DNA of 64,000 nt from Hemiscyllium ocellatum (GCF_020745735.1 NW_026869307.1:62001-126000), one strand, 5' to 3'; counted from the first letter of the stretch, positions 37,979 to 53,270 are shown. Translations and numbers: made by a program. The notes: generated from the letters alone by a model not told the origin.

Positions 37979-38300
37979 TTTGCAAATGGAATATAAGAGT
38001 GACCTCCTTGATGTAAACACGGGCTGTATTCTGAGTGGCTGGTGTGGAGAGACAGATGGGTTTCATAGGTAAAATGTTAAACATGACATGAAATATCACA
38101 TGACTAATGTGGCTTATTCAATATGGTTGTACTTCTCTGTGGGAGTTTGTTAGGTCGGAGGTCCACTCCTAACTCCCTTCTGAAACGTTTCCATATGAAG
38201 TGATCACAGTATCACTGCGTTCCAAAATCCTCCTTCGTCAGCACTCACATTTTATCATTAGTTTAATTCTGAAAATATCGCTTCAGCTCGCAGTACTTCA
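37979..38300 (-). other. Candidate 5' UTR of gene A with a short intron (38039-38248)
   Basis: Donor AAAT|gtgagt at 38248 and acceptor ctgtctctccacaccag at 38039, upstream of the ATG. The transcript start is not determinable. Confidence 0.35.
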
Positions 38301-40269
38301 GTTCGTCATCTAAGCGATCCATTTCATGTAGCAACTGTTTATCCTGGGAGCTCTGAGTTTCATGCCATTCTCATCTTTAACAACCTTCGAAAACTTGAGT
38401 TTTCAGGAGCAAGCACTGGATTGGTAATTTTATTCATCTCTATTTCTCCACTCCAGAGCTGATGTGGACAGTTTGAGGTTTGCTTTGGCTGAAGATGAGG
38501 GATGTCAAGTCTGGGGAGCACATTTTTAAGGTGAGGGGCAGCAATTTTTAAAAAAGACATGTGGGACAAACGTTTTTACACGTGCGTAATGATGTTCCTG
38601 ACGACGTGATGGATCTGGATATAAATACAACATTTAAAAGCAACATTTTACTTTGACAAGTAAATAAATAGGAAAACTTTGGAGGGATACAGGCCAGAAG
38701 TGGGCAAGTGGGACTACATTACATTAGGATTACATTCAGCATGAACTGATTGCACCGAAAAATCTGTTTCTAGGCTGTGTGACTCTCTGACTATGACTTT
38801 ATCGAGGAGAATAGCATCACATCCTCCATACTACTGAAGTTCCTCAGCCCGCACTTCATTCCGATAAATATCTTCGAACATCTTTACGGCCTTGACATTC
38901 CTCAGGATTGAGCATAAGATTCCAGGTTGAGGCTAATTCATGTTCAAATTAGGGGTCTTATGGTTTATGTCCACTTGTCCACCCACCTACAAAATATTAT
39001 AAACACACCCAGAACTTTACTATCAATTAAATTGTCCTTCTCAAGACAATCACTAAAACGTGAATCATTCCTTCTGCTTGCTTTTTAAAAATATTCCATC
39101 ATGAGCAAGGCAGATTTGTCCATCCCGAGTTAACCATGAGGGAAGACTCATTGCTCATTTTTATGCGTAGTAGGAAAGCTGTCAGTTCTTGCTATTTTCT
39201 CATCAACCTGTTTAGAGACGTGGTGGTATAGGATTGGACTCTTTGTGATTTATACTGGGATCTGTCGGCTCAGAAGTGGGGACAATAATACTGCACCACA
39301 AGAACCCCTGAGCTGACAGGTGCTGTCAGGAAACGCATGGGACAGAGTTTTGAAAACTATAAGATTAAATGGTCCAGTGCAAACACTAACCATAGCTGTG
39401 AAATCTTTAGGATTGATATTGACAACTGGAATTGTTAAAGAATGATTTTTCAGGTCAATTGTTTTCCCTCATGAAATCCCAGCAATTGCTGAGTTTTCAC
39501 ATGTTGTGTGGATGGACAATAAAGGACTTCTGAAGGAATTAAAGATAGATACCACTCGAGCAGTGATGAATCTCCATAGACAGGTGAAAATGACTGTCGC
39601 TATTGTTTGTTGGGCTTCCCACAATTGCAACAGAAATTCCGAGGTGAAAAACAAAGCCGCACGGCAATTTTCATCAGGTAATTGTTACTAAGGAAGAAAG
39701 GGCGTAATGGCAGTTCAGATATTAAATACATTGCATGCAAAGATACATTTGGATTGATGGAATTAAGATGCCGAGTATGGAGGCATGATGATAAATATTA
39801 AATATTTGAAATACATTCATGATCTTTCAGTATGTGTAGAAAAGGCTTATGAGTCACATGGAGGTAATGATTGGAGATTTAATTTTGCTTCACAATAGAG
39901 AAACACAAGTTCATTATTTAACTCTCCCAGCGTTTCTTCCTCTCAATCAAGTTATAGCAGATTTGGAATTTTACAAGTTGCACTTGATATTTGATACAGT
40001 GGTATTTCCCTATTGGATGCGATCTCCCAGAGTTGGAAATGCGAACCTGTTGGAAGAAGACTCTGGCTTTCGAAGGACTGTGATCGTTCGCTCGAACTTT
40101 GCTACGTTCAAAAGTGTAACACTTTGAGATGGAGGGTGGAAAATAGCGAAAAGGGAGGATTATTATAGGGAGAACAGAGCAGAGACGAAAAGATTGGAGA
40201 GTTCTGGTACGGAGCCAATGAGAGTGGTGATGGGTGAAAAGAAACAATGTAACAGAACTGTAATCAAGA

Positions 40270-41390
40270 AGTGAGGTGAGAGTGACAGCCCTTGACACCA
40301 AGGCCATATTTGACTGACTGTGGCATCAAGGAGTCCTAGAAAATCTGGAAACAATGGGCATCGGCAGGCAAACTCTTTGCTGGTTGGAGTAATACCTGAC
40401 ACATATGAAGATAGTTGCAGTTGTTGGAGGTCAGTTATCTCAGCGCCAAAGCATCTCTGCAGGAGTTGTTAAACATATTGTCTAAATCCAACCATCTTCT
40501 GCTACTTCATCAATTACCTTCCTCCGATGTCTAAAGTGATGATATTCGCTAATAGTTGCATAAGATTCTGCAACATTTATGACTCTTCAGTTGCTGGAGC
40601 AGTCCTCGTTCAAATGCAACAAGATCTGGACAGTATTCAGGCTTGGACTAATAAATGGCAGGTAACATTCGCACCATACAAAGGCCAAACAATAGTTTCA
40701 CTGAAATCCCGCCATCAACACCCTGGGTTTATCATTGATCAGATACTCAACTGGACCCGCCAGAAAAAATACATAATGACTACAAGAGCTGGTCAAAGGC
40801 AGGAATACTATGGTTTATAACTCACCTCCCAACTCCCCAAAACCAGCTCACAATCTACAAGGCACAAGTCAAGAATATGGTGGAATACGCCTCATTTTGT
40901 CCGGATGGCTTTAGCTCAAACAACTCTGAAGAAGCTTCACATAATCCATGCCAATGTCGCCCACTTGACTGGCAACACATCCACAAGCATCTACTCCCTA
41001 AGTTGCATCAACACTGAGGAGCATCAGTGTGTACCATCGAGAAAAATGCATTGCAGAAATGCATCAAAGATCGTTAGACAGCACATTCCAAACACTGAAC
41101 CACTTCTATCTAGAAGGACAAAGACAGTAGCTACATGGGACTGGGTGTAAGTTGCCCCCAATCCACTCACCATCCTGACATAGAAATATATTTCCGTTCC
41201 TTCAATGTCACTTGGTCAAAGTGCTGGAATTCCCTTCTAAAGGGCATTGTGGATCGCCGTAGGGCACGTGAACTGCAGCAATTCAAAAAAGGCAGCTCAC
41301 TACTACCTTCTCAAGCGCAGTTATCAAATGGTAATAAGTGCTGACCAGCCAGCGATGCCCACGTCCCACATCCCACGAGTTAATGAAAAA
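40270..41390 (+). mobile_element. Degenerate LINE of a second (L2/CR1-clade) family, RT 3' half
   Basis: MIFANSC (FADDC remnant), WQVTFAP, YKAQVKNMVEYA remnants and a tail ending aatgaaaaaa; related to 51062-52050. Confidence 0.7.
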
Positions 41391-44300
41391 AGGTCTCATA
41401 TTCACAAACATCGTTTCTCTGATTGTTCACATGCCACGAAGAGCTCTTCTGGTGTTTTGATCAACATAGTTCAGAAACGACATTTACAGATTATCTAACC
41501 ATTGCGCATGTAACTCATCAGGGTGCTCGCTGTAGTTCATATTTCTTCACACTACATTTGTCAAAACCTCACAAGTGCTTCATGGTTTCCAAGCCTTTGG
41601 AGAGCATTGCATGTGTACACAAATCATTTCCTTTATCTACTGTTGGTAATAAAATTTGCGATGAACAAATATGTCTCCAGTTTTGCCTTTGTCACAAACT
41701 GTGAGTTAATGAAATGCTAAAAGAATAAAATATACTTACTTCATCAAGGTTGTATACTAACAACTAACAAATGCAAAATTGGTTGGAATTTAACATCTCC
41801 TGAGGCCTCTTGCAAGTTAAAGAACTCAACGCTCGTGAAATTCATTATTATGACGCGGTAGTGGCAAGGCATTAAGGTGTAAATGTTTTCTTTTTCCTAT
41901 TGTCTCCATTTTCCAAGATAAACCTAGAACCAGGCTTTTAGTGGAATTCAGAAGATTGAATTCCGCATCTGATTCTTCATACCCTGGACCTAACACCGCA
42001 ACGTTTTACACAGCAGCCCCACGTCTTTGGCAACGGTCAGAATGCTTGGGTAGATTAATAACGATTGGCTGTCTGTTTCCCTTTGCAGAAAATAACTGTG
42101 CAAATGAAGGTTAGAGGCAAAATCTGAATAACACAACTCTATATCATGTTACTCGCGTGTTGCTCAGGAGTCAGGTAGTGATGTACTTACAGATGATATA
42201 CTGTACCAATGTCGTCATGTGAAATTCAAAAAACAACACGCATAAAAAGTCTTTAACGCAATTACTCTTTGTATTGATTATTCCCTGGCTAATATTCACG
42301 CCTTAATGAACTGCATTGAAGTGTATAATCTGCTCCTTATAATGTTTCCTTATGTAGGACTTTTTTCCTTTGATCGTGACTGCCATATTTCCAACATAAC
42401 ACTGACAACATGGCAAATGCAGACGTGTCAAAAATGTCAAGCTCGCGAAAAAAAACACTTTGGTAGCTCAAGTATAATGCACAAAATCAGTGGACGAATT
42501 ATATTATGCTATACTCTAGTGTAACATGAGCATTCCATTGCATATGCAATCTAAAATATTCGACAATTCAGCACCGAGAAATGTTTGAACTGCACGGTTA
42601 TTCGCTGTTATGACTGCATAAAATTGTCACTTTTTCTAAATATTTCCTGGCGTGATATAACTTAATTAAGAGAGACTCAGTTGCATGGAGTCAATTGTGC
42701 AATGATTGCTTTGAAAGAAAAACATAAATGACTCTCTATGAGATGCTCCAACAGCAAAAGAATCTCCGAAATGAATTGTGTTTATCATTGACAATAGCTA
42801 ATTCATCTGGTTAGCTCAATTAATGGGATCACTAGTGCGTATTTGAACTCATTACCAATTAAGGAGCTTTAATTTCCATTCAGTCTGAAGCAGATTTGCA
42901 ACTTGACTCTGTCCCATTAAATGGAAATGTAAGGCAATATGAAACCCCACCGACAAACCCCGCCAGGAAACGGCGCAGAATGAAGCAGCAAAGGATGGTG
43001 AACTAAGGATGCACTCAGAATGTCAACGTTGATTGAGCTAATATCAGAATAATGTCTTCAAATATTGCCTTTCATAATCAGCAAGCTGGAGAATCGCTAA
43101 ACATAGACATTGCAGAGCTATCGTTTGTTTGACAGATGTGAAAATGCAAATAAACTTCTTAAATTATACTTCTGAATGTCCAACAATGTCTTATGAGCGT
43201 GATGTTGACTCGCACAACTTGAGATGGGTGCAATGTCTAACCGCAACTGTTTCCATCATGCTGTTAGTTGCGATGACGTTCTGTTTTCCAAGCGGTTGCA
43301 ATGATTAGCTAAATGAGCAAAAATGAGCGAGGTATTTTGATCTATTTTAATCGATAAGTTGCAAGAATTCATACTTGAGTGGCAACCACCGTGTGATAGA
43401 AATACAGATGGCGAAAATGGATTCATCTACGGCTAATACTTCTACTCTGAATAAATGACAAATGAGAAGAATTTAAAGGGAAAAAGAACGAATTAAGGCA
43501 AGAAAATCATTACCAATGAAAGGCGAGTATGCGCACGCATACATGTAACAATAAAGCAATTAAATGACGTATGTATAAAGTATCCTGAGGCGCTTCAAAG
43601 GGAACTGTGGAGCTCAGGGCATATCCACTAACGATGAAAATTAAGGATGGACAAGAGATCAGAATTGGAACAAAAGAACGGTGCAAGAGGGATCTGAGAA
43701 CAACGGTGAGAATTTTAAAATAAAGGCATTGTGAGATCAGGAGTCAATGTAGATAAACCAAGAAGGTGATGATGTCAGAATAGGAATTACAGAAGTTACT
43801 GGCACGCCTACACAGACGTACATAAGTATATATAGACATACATAGGCAGTTATACACACATTCACATGCAGTTATAAATACGCATATATTCAAATACACA
43901 GTCAAAAATACCTACATATGCAAAGCAGACCAACACAGCGAATAGATAGCAGAATGAAAGATGAAAATAATATTGGCAAAGAGAATATAAGAATTGGATA
44001 CTGTTGTCATAAAATAGAGTTGAAAAGTCTTCTACAACCTTTAATTTGTAAACAGGTGGCAAAACGTTTTGTGTCACCTATTGATGCAAAACAGCGAATT
44101 GTGATCTGAGGCATAAGGCAAAAGTGGATAATGTAATGAATATTTTGACTGATATTTACTTAAGAAGATGATTCAAGCCAAGCATACAACGAAATGGAGA
44201 GGGTAGATGGAATAAATTGTGTAAAAAGTCTGGCCAGGATATACTGGAAATGCTGTTTTCCTAATAGGCCATAGGTTGTTTGGTTTAGAAGGCTTACTTT

Positions 44301-44689
44301 GTGGGGTGAAAATGAAAGTGAGAATAGACATAACAGGAGGGATTGCCAAATTTTTAAATCGTCCCCATATGCAGCAGTGGTGCTAGATAATTGGACAATA
44401 ATAATACTCAGCCACTCTGACCTCATCCCACAATGCACACCCACTGCCATGTGCTACCACATGCACACTCTATACCTGTCTGTCCATCAGCACTACCTCC
44501 CATCCATCGCAATCTCCAGATCCATTTTATTCTTTGTTTCATGCACAAATTTAACTATAATCCATTCTTTTTCCTTTCAGTTGTTAAGGATATGGGTTCC
44601 CTTCTGGATTCGTCCTCCGTTCTTCTGCCCTTTGAATTAATCACTTCTTCTAATTCCACAACTTGCACTGTATTCACGGTATTCATCAC

Positions 44690-44915
44690 ATCAACTAGCA
44701 TCAGTTACCCTGAATGGCTGCTTTGCGATGCAGAGTGATGCCAAAATGTTGAGCTTCATTCCTGCACTACCTGAAGTCACCGTGAATGAATTTCCTTCTG
44801 ACCCTCTGCCCTTGGCTCAAAAGTAGTAACCCTCAGATTGAAACGATCATCAATCATCTCTTCCGAATGAGGGAGCAGCCCGATAGTCTGGCAAGACTAT
44901 GGTGACTTTAAGGTT
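44690..44915 (+). mobile_element. SINE-like repeat at the left edge of the duplication; its 3' half is also at 11670-11790
   Basis: Shared sequence ctcag(g/a)tt(a/g)aaac...gtctgg..agactatgg.gact. Confidence 0.5.
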
Positions 44916-46489
44916 CACACTTTTAGACATTCCTGCCAGATGCTGAAGAATTAACGCTCAAAAAAAATACACTTTATGACCTCACTTCAATGAATTGCAG
45001 GCTTAACCTAATGTTGAACTCTGGGGCAGAAGTTACCATGTTGCTCGATTGAGTCCTTCACCTACATCCATGCGCCTACTCCCTCTGGACATCTGGTTTG
45101 GCCTTTTAGTTCAATATTTTCATTGAGAATTTTCAACTTGACATCAACTGCCTTATTTTCTCTGCTCTCATTCTATACTCTAATCTGTGTCCCCTTGAAC
45201 TTGCTGCACTACATTCTCCAAATTCTAAATATGAACTTTTAAAATGGTATTTGCTGTTAAGAAGAGTGCTGTTGTTGTCTATGTGGTAAAGGCTGCCCAC
45301 TAACTTTCCTATACACCCTCTGATCTAACTCTGGATCATGGTCTCACAGAACATCAAGCAGTTATTTTTGGGATTGTTTTTAACCTCATCTGCTCTTGAG
45401 ATTTCTTTCCACAGTTCAGGATGGAAACCTGTAAATATTGGAACGTGATGGGGCTCAGTGTTGTGACCACAATTGTTCACAATATATATTAATGACTTAA
45501 AGGAGCAGAGTGAATGTCCTATGGTTAGGATTGCAGATTGCCCAAAACTAGTTGGGACGTGAAATTATTCGGATAATACAGTTTGCAGAGGAATATAATA
45601 AACAGGTTACACGAGTGGACAATAATTCGAAAAACGTGAGATTGCACACTTTGCCAGGAAGAATAGAGAAGCCGAAGATTGTTTTTGTGGAGAAAGACTG
45701 AAATAAATGATGGAGCAGAAAAAACTTTTGAGTCCTTTTCCATCGATCACAGAAAGCTAGAATCTGAGTTCAGCAATTATTATGGAAGGTAAGTAGAATG
45801 TTGCCCTTTATTTCAAAGTGAGTGGAATATGCAAGTAGGAGATCCCATTAAAACTATGCAAGGCACTATTCAAACCACAGCTGGAAAGCTGTGAACAGTT
45901 TTATTCCCGTTATCTAAGGAAATTTATGGAAGGACTGTCTTAGAAAGACAAGCTGTGTAGTTTGAACCTTTAATCATTCTAAATTTAAAGTGAGAGGTAA
46001 TCTGAATGCAAGACAGAAGGTTCTTATGGGACCTGGCAGGTTAGAAGGTGAAAGGTTGTTTCCCTTTGTGGGAAAGTCTAGCACAGAATGCAAACTCTCA
46101 GAGTCAGGGGTTGCACATTTAAGACAGAAATATGAAAGAATTTCTGCTCTTAGAGAGTAGTGAATCTATGGAATCACTTCCAAAGGGGAGTTGTAAGGAA
46201 TGAGTCTTTAATGATGTTCAAAGCTGAGATAGACAGGTGTTTAAAAAGGTAAGGGTGAAAGGCAGCAAAGTATAGTTTCCCTCTCCATACATGCTGCTAA
46301 CTGTGCTGTGTTTGTTTCCTGATTTGACAAATGTTGATCAGGTCATCACTCAGCCCTCACTTTTCCTGTTTTTTTTATCTGTTAACAGATTATCAACATG
46401 ACAGTCACACTGAGCAAACACAGCTTATGTTCTGTCTGGTAGGGTTTCACTCTGAGATCTGCTTTGTTCTATATTACAATCAGCTGGGA

Positions 46490-49400
46490 TAATAACAAAA
46501 TGTGGATCATCCGAGGTAGACATTTGTTGAATTTGAAATCAGTCTTTGAATCTTTAAAGAAATAATTACACAGAATTACTGGACATAGAAAGAGGAGTTT
46601 TGAATTTTATTGCACAGATTAGAATTTGGAAATAATTTTCACTTTTCTTAAAAGCTTTCTCGGAGTAGAAAAATGAGACTGAAGTTTATTTGAAATCTTC
46701 AACTAAGACGACACTGTGGGAATGAACAAATAAATTAGAAGTAGAAAACAAAAGTGTAACCTTGCAAATTTGAGATTCTCAAATATTTTACCGAACATTT
46801 GGAACTAAATGGAGAGAAAACTGAAACTGACATGTCATCACTGAATTCAAATTCAGCAAAAATAAAAAAAGGGAAAAGAAATGAAGGGAACAATGGAAAA
46901 ATGAGAATGAAGAAGAAAAAATGAAAGGTAAAAAGCGATGACTAAGAACATTTGAATTGGATGGAGCAAAGGAAAAATGCAAATAAAAATGGACTTTAAA
47001 AATATGATCAGTAAAGAGACAGCAGAACTAGAAAGTAGGTCTAAACTACAGAAAAGCTTACCATAATTGTGGAAAGAATATGCACGAACTCAAAAGAGGA
47101 TTCTTATTCCATTGATAATTGTGATTTAACTGGACATGTGCATTTGTTGCTAAATTTCCAGAGCTTGGAGTGGAAATATGTTTCAGTTCAATTGAAAAGG
47201 TAGCCTGGAAGATGAAGTAAACACAAAAAATAGAATATAGATCTTAGAGCAAAGATCATAGAACAGTACAACACAGTACAGGCCCTTTGGCCCACGACGT
47301 TGTGCCAAGCATTTATCTTAATCTAAGATCATCCTAATCTAAAAACCCCTCAATTTACTGCCATCCATGTGCTTGTCCAGCAGTCGTTTAAATGTCCATA
47401 ATGTCTCTGACTCTACTAGCACTGCTGCCAGTGCAATCCATGCACCCACCACGCTCTGTGTAAAGAATCTACCTCTGACATCCCCACTATACTTTCCTCC
47501 AATCATCTTAGAATTATGACCCCTCATGACAGCCATCCTTCCCTGGGAAAAGTGTCTGGCCATCTACTCTATCTGTGCCTCTCATTACCTTGTATACCTC
47601 TATCAAGTCAGCTCTCTTCCATCTTCCTTTCAGTATGAAAAGCCCCAGTTCAATCAATCTCTCTTCATAAGACAAGCCCTCCAATTCAGGCAGCATCCTG
47701 GTAAATCTCCTCTGCACCCTTCCAATAATGAGGTGACCAAACTGGACACAACATTTCAAGAGCGGTCTAACCAGGATTTTATAGAGCAGCAAAGCATTGT
47801 CCCCCTGTTAATGAAAGCCAAAACTCTGTATGTCTTCTTAACATTCATATCAATCTGGGTGACAACTTTGAGGGATTTATGCACATGGACCACAAGATCC
47901 CGCTGTTCTGCCAAACTGCCAAGAATCCTATCTTTAACCCTCTATTCAGCATTCAAAATCGACCTTCCAAAATGATTCACTTAGCAAGTGCTGAAAGATA
48001 CATGGACCTGAATGTTACAGAATATTTTGATCAGTATCATTAAAAATTTGATGAATCAATTTGTCAGAAGAACAATTTGCAGGGCACAAAACTAGACAAG
48101 CAAAACAAATGTATGTGCATTTGAAACTATTAATTTATATATCAGATGATTAGAAACTAACGTAATCAGTAATTTGAAGGAAAAGAAATTCATTTGGATT
48201 GTTACCGTCTCCCACTGAAGTTGGCAAAAGAGTTTGAGAACTTGAAGAAAGTAATGAATTTAGTATTCAAAATTGTATATTAGCAATTGCGCCTATAAGC
48301 TTCAATAAGCTTCAAACGTCAAAGATCTTGAAAAAGTACTTCTGACAGGTTCCTATGATTTTGTAGACAGACCATTACTTATAGGGCATTTTTCATATGG
48401 AAATAAACAAAGAAATTGAAAGAAAATATTCATTTTGGTTTTAAAAGGTACTGGTTTTAGGAAATAAACAGAAGGATTCCAAACAATATAGGAGAAAGGC
48501 TGGAACCCAGACGTGAAAGAAAGACAATAATATGCCGCCATTATGATAAGACAGAGTATATTAATGCTGAAATGAGAGATTATTTGCAAAAAATAGAAGC
48601 CCATGGAATCCTTCGAAGAGACAAGCATCAGGAAAGGAAATGAGCATTACAACTGGAGCAATAGTACAAATGGAGCATGTTGCATTGCTTTCTACTTGGA
48701 AGGAATAGATAAGTCAGATATTTAAGACATTTTTTGTTTGACAATGCAATTCAAAATCAGACCATTCAGTGTTCTGGATAGTCTTTTTAACGGGAAATGT
48801 ATTTTCTTGGTCTTCTAATAAAAGAGACAAACCAATAAAGATATTGAGACACAACGCATGGGTTAATGATGGGAAGAAATAATTGGCATCAAACACAGAG
48901 AGCACAATGTCATCCTATTATCTTGCATTGACTTAAAATATGAAATAAAAGTTAGTTTACTAATCCAAATTGAAGGATCTGATTTCATCCGAGGCAATGA
49001 TATGATTATTTTAAGAGACCACACCGTTTCTTTATTTGGTTACATATAAGGAAGTTGACTGCAATACAACTGAAATATCTGGAGAAGTTTGCAACTTAAA
49101 AATTAAGAATGGGAGTAAACGCTCTTATAGAATTCCTGATTCATAAAACTAAAGAGAATTCATGAGGTTTTTGTGAATGTACGATTTTCAAGGGACATTT
49201 GTGCCTAACATCAGCACAATATCTGTAGCTTTGATAAAATTGTTACAAAAAACAAGGAAAATGATATGGTCAGGGGCGTGACAATTATTATTTGAGAAGT
49301 TGAAGGCAATGTTAATCAGTGAATTAGCAATTCCTCCGATTTTAGAAAGCGTTTTACGATGGAAACTAATGTTTCTAACGTTACAATCTTATGAAAAGGT

Positions 49401-49800
49401 AATGAATTTATCAAAAGAGAAGGCAGTGGGACGCTTTTCTAAAAAAAAAGGTCAGAAGAATTACTTAACATCGATAAAGGAAACTTTGGAATTATCATTA
49501 TCTTTAATATTTTGAAGTTAATTTCCAACATGATTGCAACGAAACACCAATATATACTGATCATACTCTGTTAGGTTTTGTAAAGAAATTTATAACTTGA
49601 AATTCAGTATCATTCTGATGGAGCTTATCGATTCAAATATAACTACAATATATTGCTGGAGAAGAAAGTATAACAGCAAACACGTTATCAAGAACGTTTT
49701 TGTGCTGTAATAGCTTAAGAGTTTAAGAAGTAAATGAAAACACGTTGCTTAAATCCTATGTGAGGAATCAGTGCGGGTGAGTTTTATATATTTAAATAAG
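46490..49800 (+). mobile_element. Paralog of the ancient Gmr1-type Gypsy relic, interrupted by a CR1 piece
   Basis: Collinear with 14150-16720. Confidence 0.65.
47255..47985 (-). mobile_element. 5'-truncated CR1 3' fragment with internal deletions, specific to copy 2
   Basis: LVRPLLKCCVQF...RFTRMLPELEGLSYEERL; tail resembles that of 5497-8745. Confidence 0.85.
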
Positions 49801-51061
49801 CTCTTGCTGACCATCTTTTTGAATAGGTCTGTTTGAATAGATTGTTTCTCAAATTATATCGAACTCTGATCCCGTGTTTTTTGACACCTTAGCTCATGCC
49901 TGTTCACTCAAACACTAATGCTTTGTTTTAGGCATCTCGGTGGTTGGCTAATTATGACTTGAGTTAAACAAAGATATCTTAACTCACTTCTTGAACGACG
50001 AGGGTTGTGGCAGCTCACTCATTGAGAATGCTCACGACAGTAATTTGTTGTCCTCTTGATGCTAATATCTCGAAGGATATGGACATAGTGAGGAAATGTG
50101 GTAGTGAGGTAGATGTCAGCCATAAAATAAATGAATGATAAATCGGGCTTCCCAGGCTGAATGGGCAACTCCTGTTCTCTTTTATTAATGCTCATTTCTA
50201 CTTTAGTCATTCAGAAATACAGAACTTAAAATTGTTAAAAGAAGATAAAATTCAAGCTTTATGTATTATCTGGATAAGGATGCAAGAAAGAAACTTGTGA
50301 AAGGGCCAACAAATCAGACAGAATGACGATGCAGACCTAGTTATCTCTAGAGCTCGTTGATGCCACACATAATGAAATAATGCCTTGATGTCAAGACGGT
50401 CAGTCTCATCTCAAAGGTTGATTTGTCTTTGTTGGGTCTGAAACTATAATGAGATCTGGACTTAAGTGACCATGGCAGATCATAAATCGACCATGAATAA
50501 ATTGACTAATGTAAAACAAAGAACTATGGATGTTAGAAATTTGGAATCTGGTAGCATCTGTGGAGAGAAAAAAAAGTTGATGTTTAGAGTCCAGCGACCC
50601 TTCTTCCGAATGGATGAGTAGACTATTGATAGGTGAACGATGTTTAATGTCAGTGTCAAATACATATTGCATATTTTCTAAACTGCCCAGAGTAGATTGA
50701 TTAATTGAGCAGCTTTAATTTATCCCGCCTTCTTTGGACAATTTTTCATCGACAGCTTTTCCACATAACTAAAATCTTGGTCTTGAAAGGTAATGAATCA
50801 TATGCAGGTCTAGGATTTCTGATGAATAGCTTATGATCGAAACATTGATTCTCCTGCTCCTCCGATACTGCCTGACTGTCTGTGTTTTCTATCACAACAA
50901 TCTTCGACTCTGATCTCCAGTACCTGCAGTCCTCACTTTCTCCTTGCAGGTATAGGATTGTCTGTTTTTCCAACTGATGATGAAAACATACTTAGTCGAT
51001 ATTAACTTGATACAAATTCATGAGTTTGGAAAATAAGTGCAGCCAGTCTTGTGTAGTGGCT

Positions 51062-52050
51062 TTGATTTTTTTTTATTCATCTGTGGAACTTTGTTGTCGC
51101 TGATTGGTCAGCATTAATAGCCCATCCGTATTTGCCATTGAGAAGGTGGTGGTGAGCTGCCTTCCTTGAATCACTGCAGTCCACTTGCTGTGGGTTGACT
51201 CACAATGCTAGTAGGGAAGGAATTCCAGAATTTTGACCCAGTAACTGAAAGGAATGGCGGTATATTTCCAAGTCAGGGTGATGAGTGGCTTGGAGGGAAA
51301 CTTGCAGGTGGTGGTGTTCCCAAATACCTGCTGCCTTTGTCCTTCTAAATGGCAGTGGTCGTGAGTTGCAAAGTGCTATCTAAGGATCTTTGGTGAATTT
51401 CAGCAGTACATGTTGTAGATAGTACGCACTGCTGCTACTGAGCACTGGTGGTGGAGGGATTGAATGTTTGCAGATGTGGTGCCAATCAAGTGACTCGCTT
51501 TGCCCTGGATAGTGTCAAGACTCTTGAGTGCTGTAGGAACTGCACCCATCCAGGCAAGTGGGGAATAGTCCATTACACTCCTGACTTGTGCCTTGTAGAT
51601 AATGGACAGGCTTTGAGGAGTCAGGAGATGAGTTACTGTCCGCAGTATGCTTAACCCCTGACCTGCTCTTGTAGCCACTGTGTGTTTCTGGTGAATCCTG
51701 TTGAGATTCTGGTCAATGGTAACCCATAGACTGTTGACAGTGGGGAATTCAGTGATGGTAATAGTGTTTAATGTCAAGGGACGGTGGTTAAAATCTCTCT
51801 TATTGGTGATGCTCATTGTCTGGCATTTGTGTGGTACAAATGTTACTTGCCACTTGTCAGCCCAAGCCTAGATATTGTACAGATCTCGTTGTATTTAAGC
51901 AGATTGCTTCAGTTTCTGAGGAGTCGTGAATGGTGCTAACATTGTGCAATCATTGGCGAACATCCCCACTTCTGACTTTATGATAGAGGGAAGTTTGTTG
52001 AAGAAGTAGCTGAAGATTGTTGGGCCTAAGACACGACCTTAAGGGACTCC
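51062..52050 (-). mobile_element. Degenerate L2/CR1-clade LINE, specific to copy 2
   Basis: IYKAQVRSVMDYSPLAWMGA...LDTIQGKA; A-rich 3' end at 51066. Confidence 0.75.
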
Positions 52051-52654
52051 TGCAGAGATGTCCTGGAGCTGAGATGACTGACCCTCCACAGCCACAACCA
52101 TTTCGAATGTGGTGCTATTGGAACCATCCCAGACTGAATGAATTCAAGGAAGATACCTGTGGTCATGATCTTGCAAAGATAATTTCCCCATTCACTTCAT
52201 TTCCCAAAATGGATTTTAATGGAAAGCTTTTGCTCCATTCTTTTCACTTGGAGAATGAGCTATCTGGTATGCCTTGAATGCTGTATACCACAGTAGTTTT
52301 GAACTTATTTGGTACTTTGGGGTGCAGTAGAATATTATATCTGGCATACGCTGGATGCCAGCCAGAAATTTAGAATCTGGATAGTCTTCATCAGAAGAGA
52401 TGACCGGATCATGTTAACTCTGTGTTCTCCCCACAGATGCTGCCAGACCCGCTGGGGTTGACAGCAATTTCTGTTTTTGTTACAAATCACCAAGTTCTTT
52501 ATTTTAATTAATTAACTAGAACTGCTGTAAATATGCGTTATTTTTACAAACGTGTTTTGAAGGTGATGCATGCAATTACATCGTAATGCATATTGTCTGT
52601 TACAAATTCTTGAGGTCAAGGGAGATCTGTATGTAGATCATGAGTACCAATGTT

Positions 52655-53270
52655 AAAAAATGACTCAACACCAGGTTTTGGTCCAACAGGTTTATTTGGA
52701 AGCACTAGCTTTCGAGATGCTACGTCTTCATCAGGTGATTGTGGAACATAACGTTCCAGAACAGAATTTATAGCAAAAGGCTCAGAATGTCATGGAGTTG
52801 TAATGATATATTAAACAACTTCAGTTAAAATTCACACAACAGCAAGTTATAATTCTGAAGCAAATTTCGATTAAGTTTTTCATCTTTTAGAATGGGATAT
52901 GGTGGTTTAGGTTCTTTAATAGGTAAATACCAGAATTACGTTCTGAAGGTGGCATCTTCTTATCTGATAATAGGTGTCATCTCAGCTCAGACAATGCATT
53001 AAATGTGTGAAAGTAAAGTCTATACCAATGTTGAGACTTTTCTATTTCTAACATGCGGCTTACAGAACCTTACATGGATTTATGCAGTTTTTGAGCAAAA
53101 TAACGTCATTTTGGAAATACAAATTCACCCCATAAACTTGTGCGTGCATGCAGCAGAGACAGCGTGGGTGTATGGATGTGCAAGAGTGTGCGTATGTGTG
53201 CGTGTAAGCTTGGTCAAGATAGTGCTTACAAATAAACCTGTTGGACTATAACCTGGCGTTGTGTAATTTT
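52655..53270. mobile_element. Short Penelope-derived element with about 50-bp inverted termini
   Basis: 52660-52708 is the imperfect reverse complement of 53221-53270; CTGATGA...GAAA motif on the minus strand at 52703-52737; absent from copy 1. Confidence 0.65.

Noticed and set aside
39454-39679. Plus-strand open segment bounded by tttttcag and CAG|gtaatt
   Set aside because: No recognisable domain and no partner exons found.
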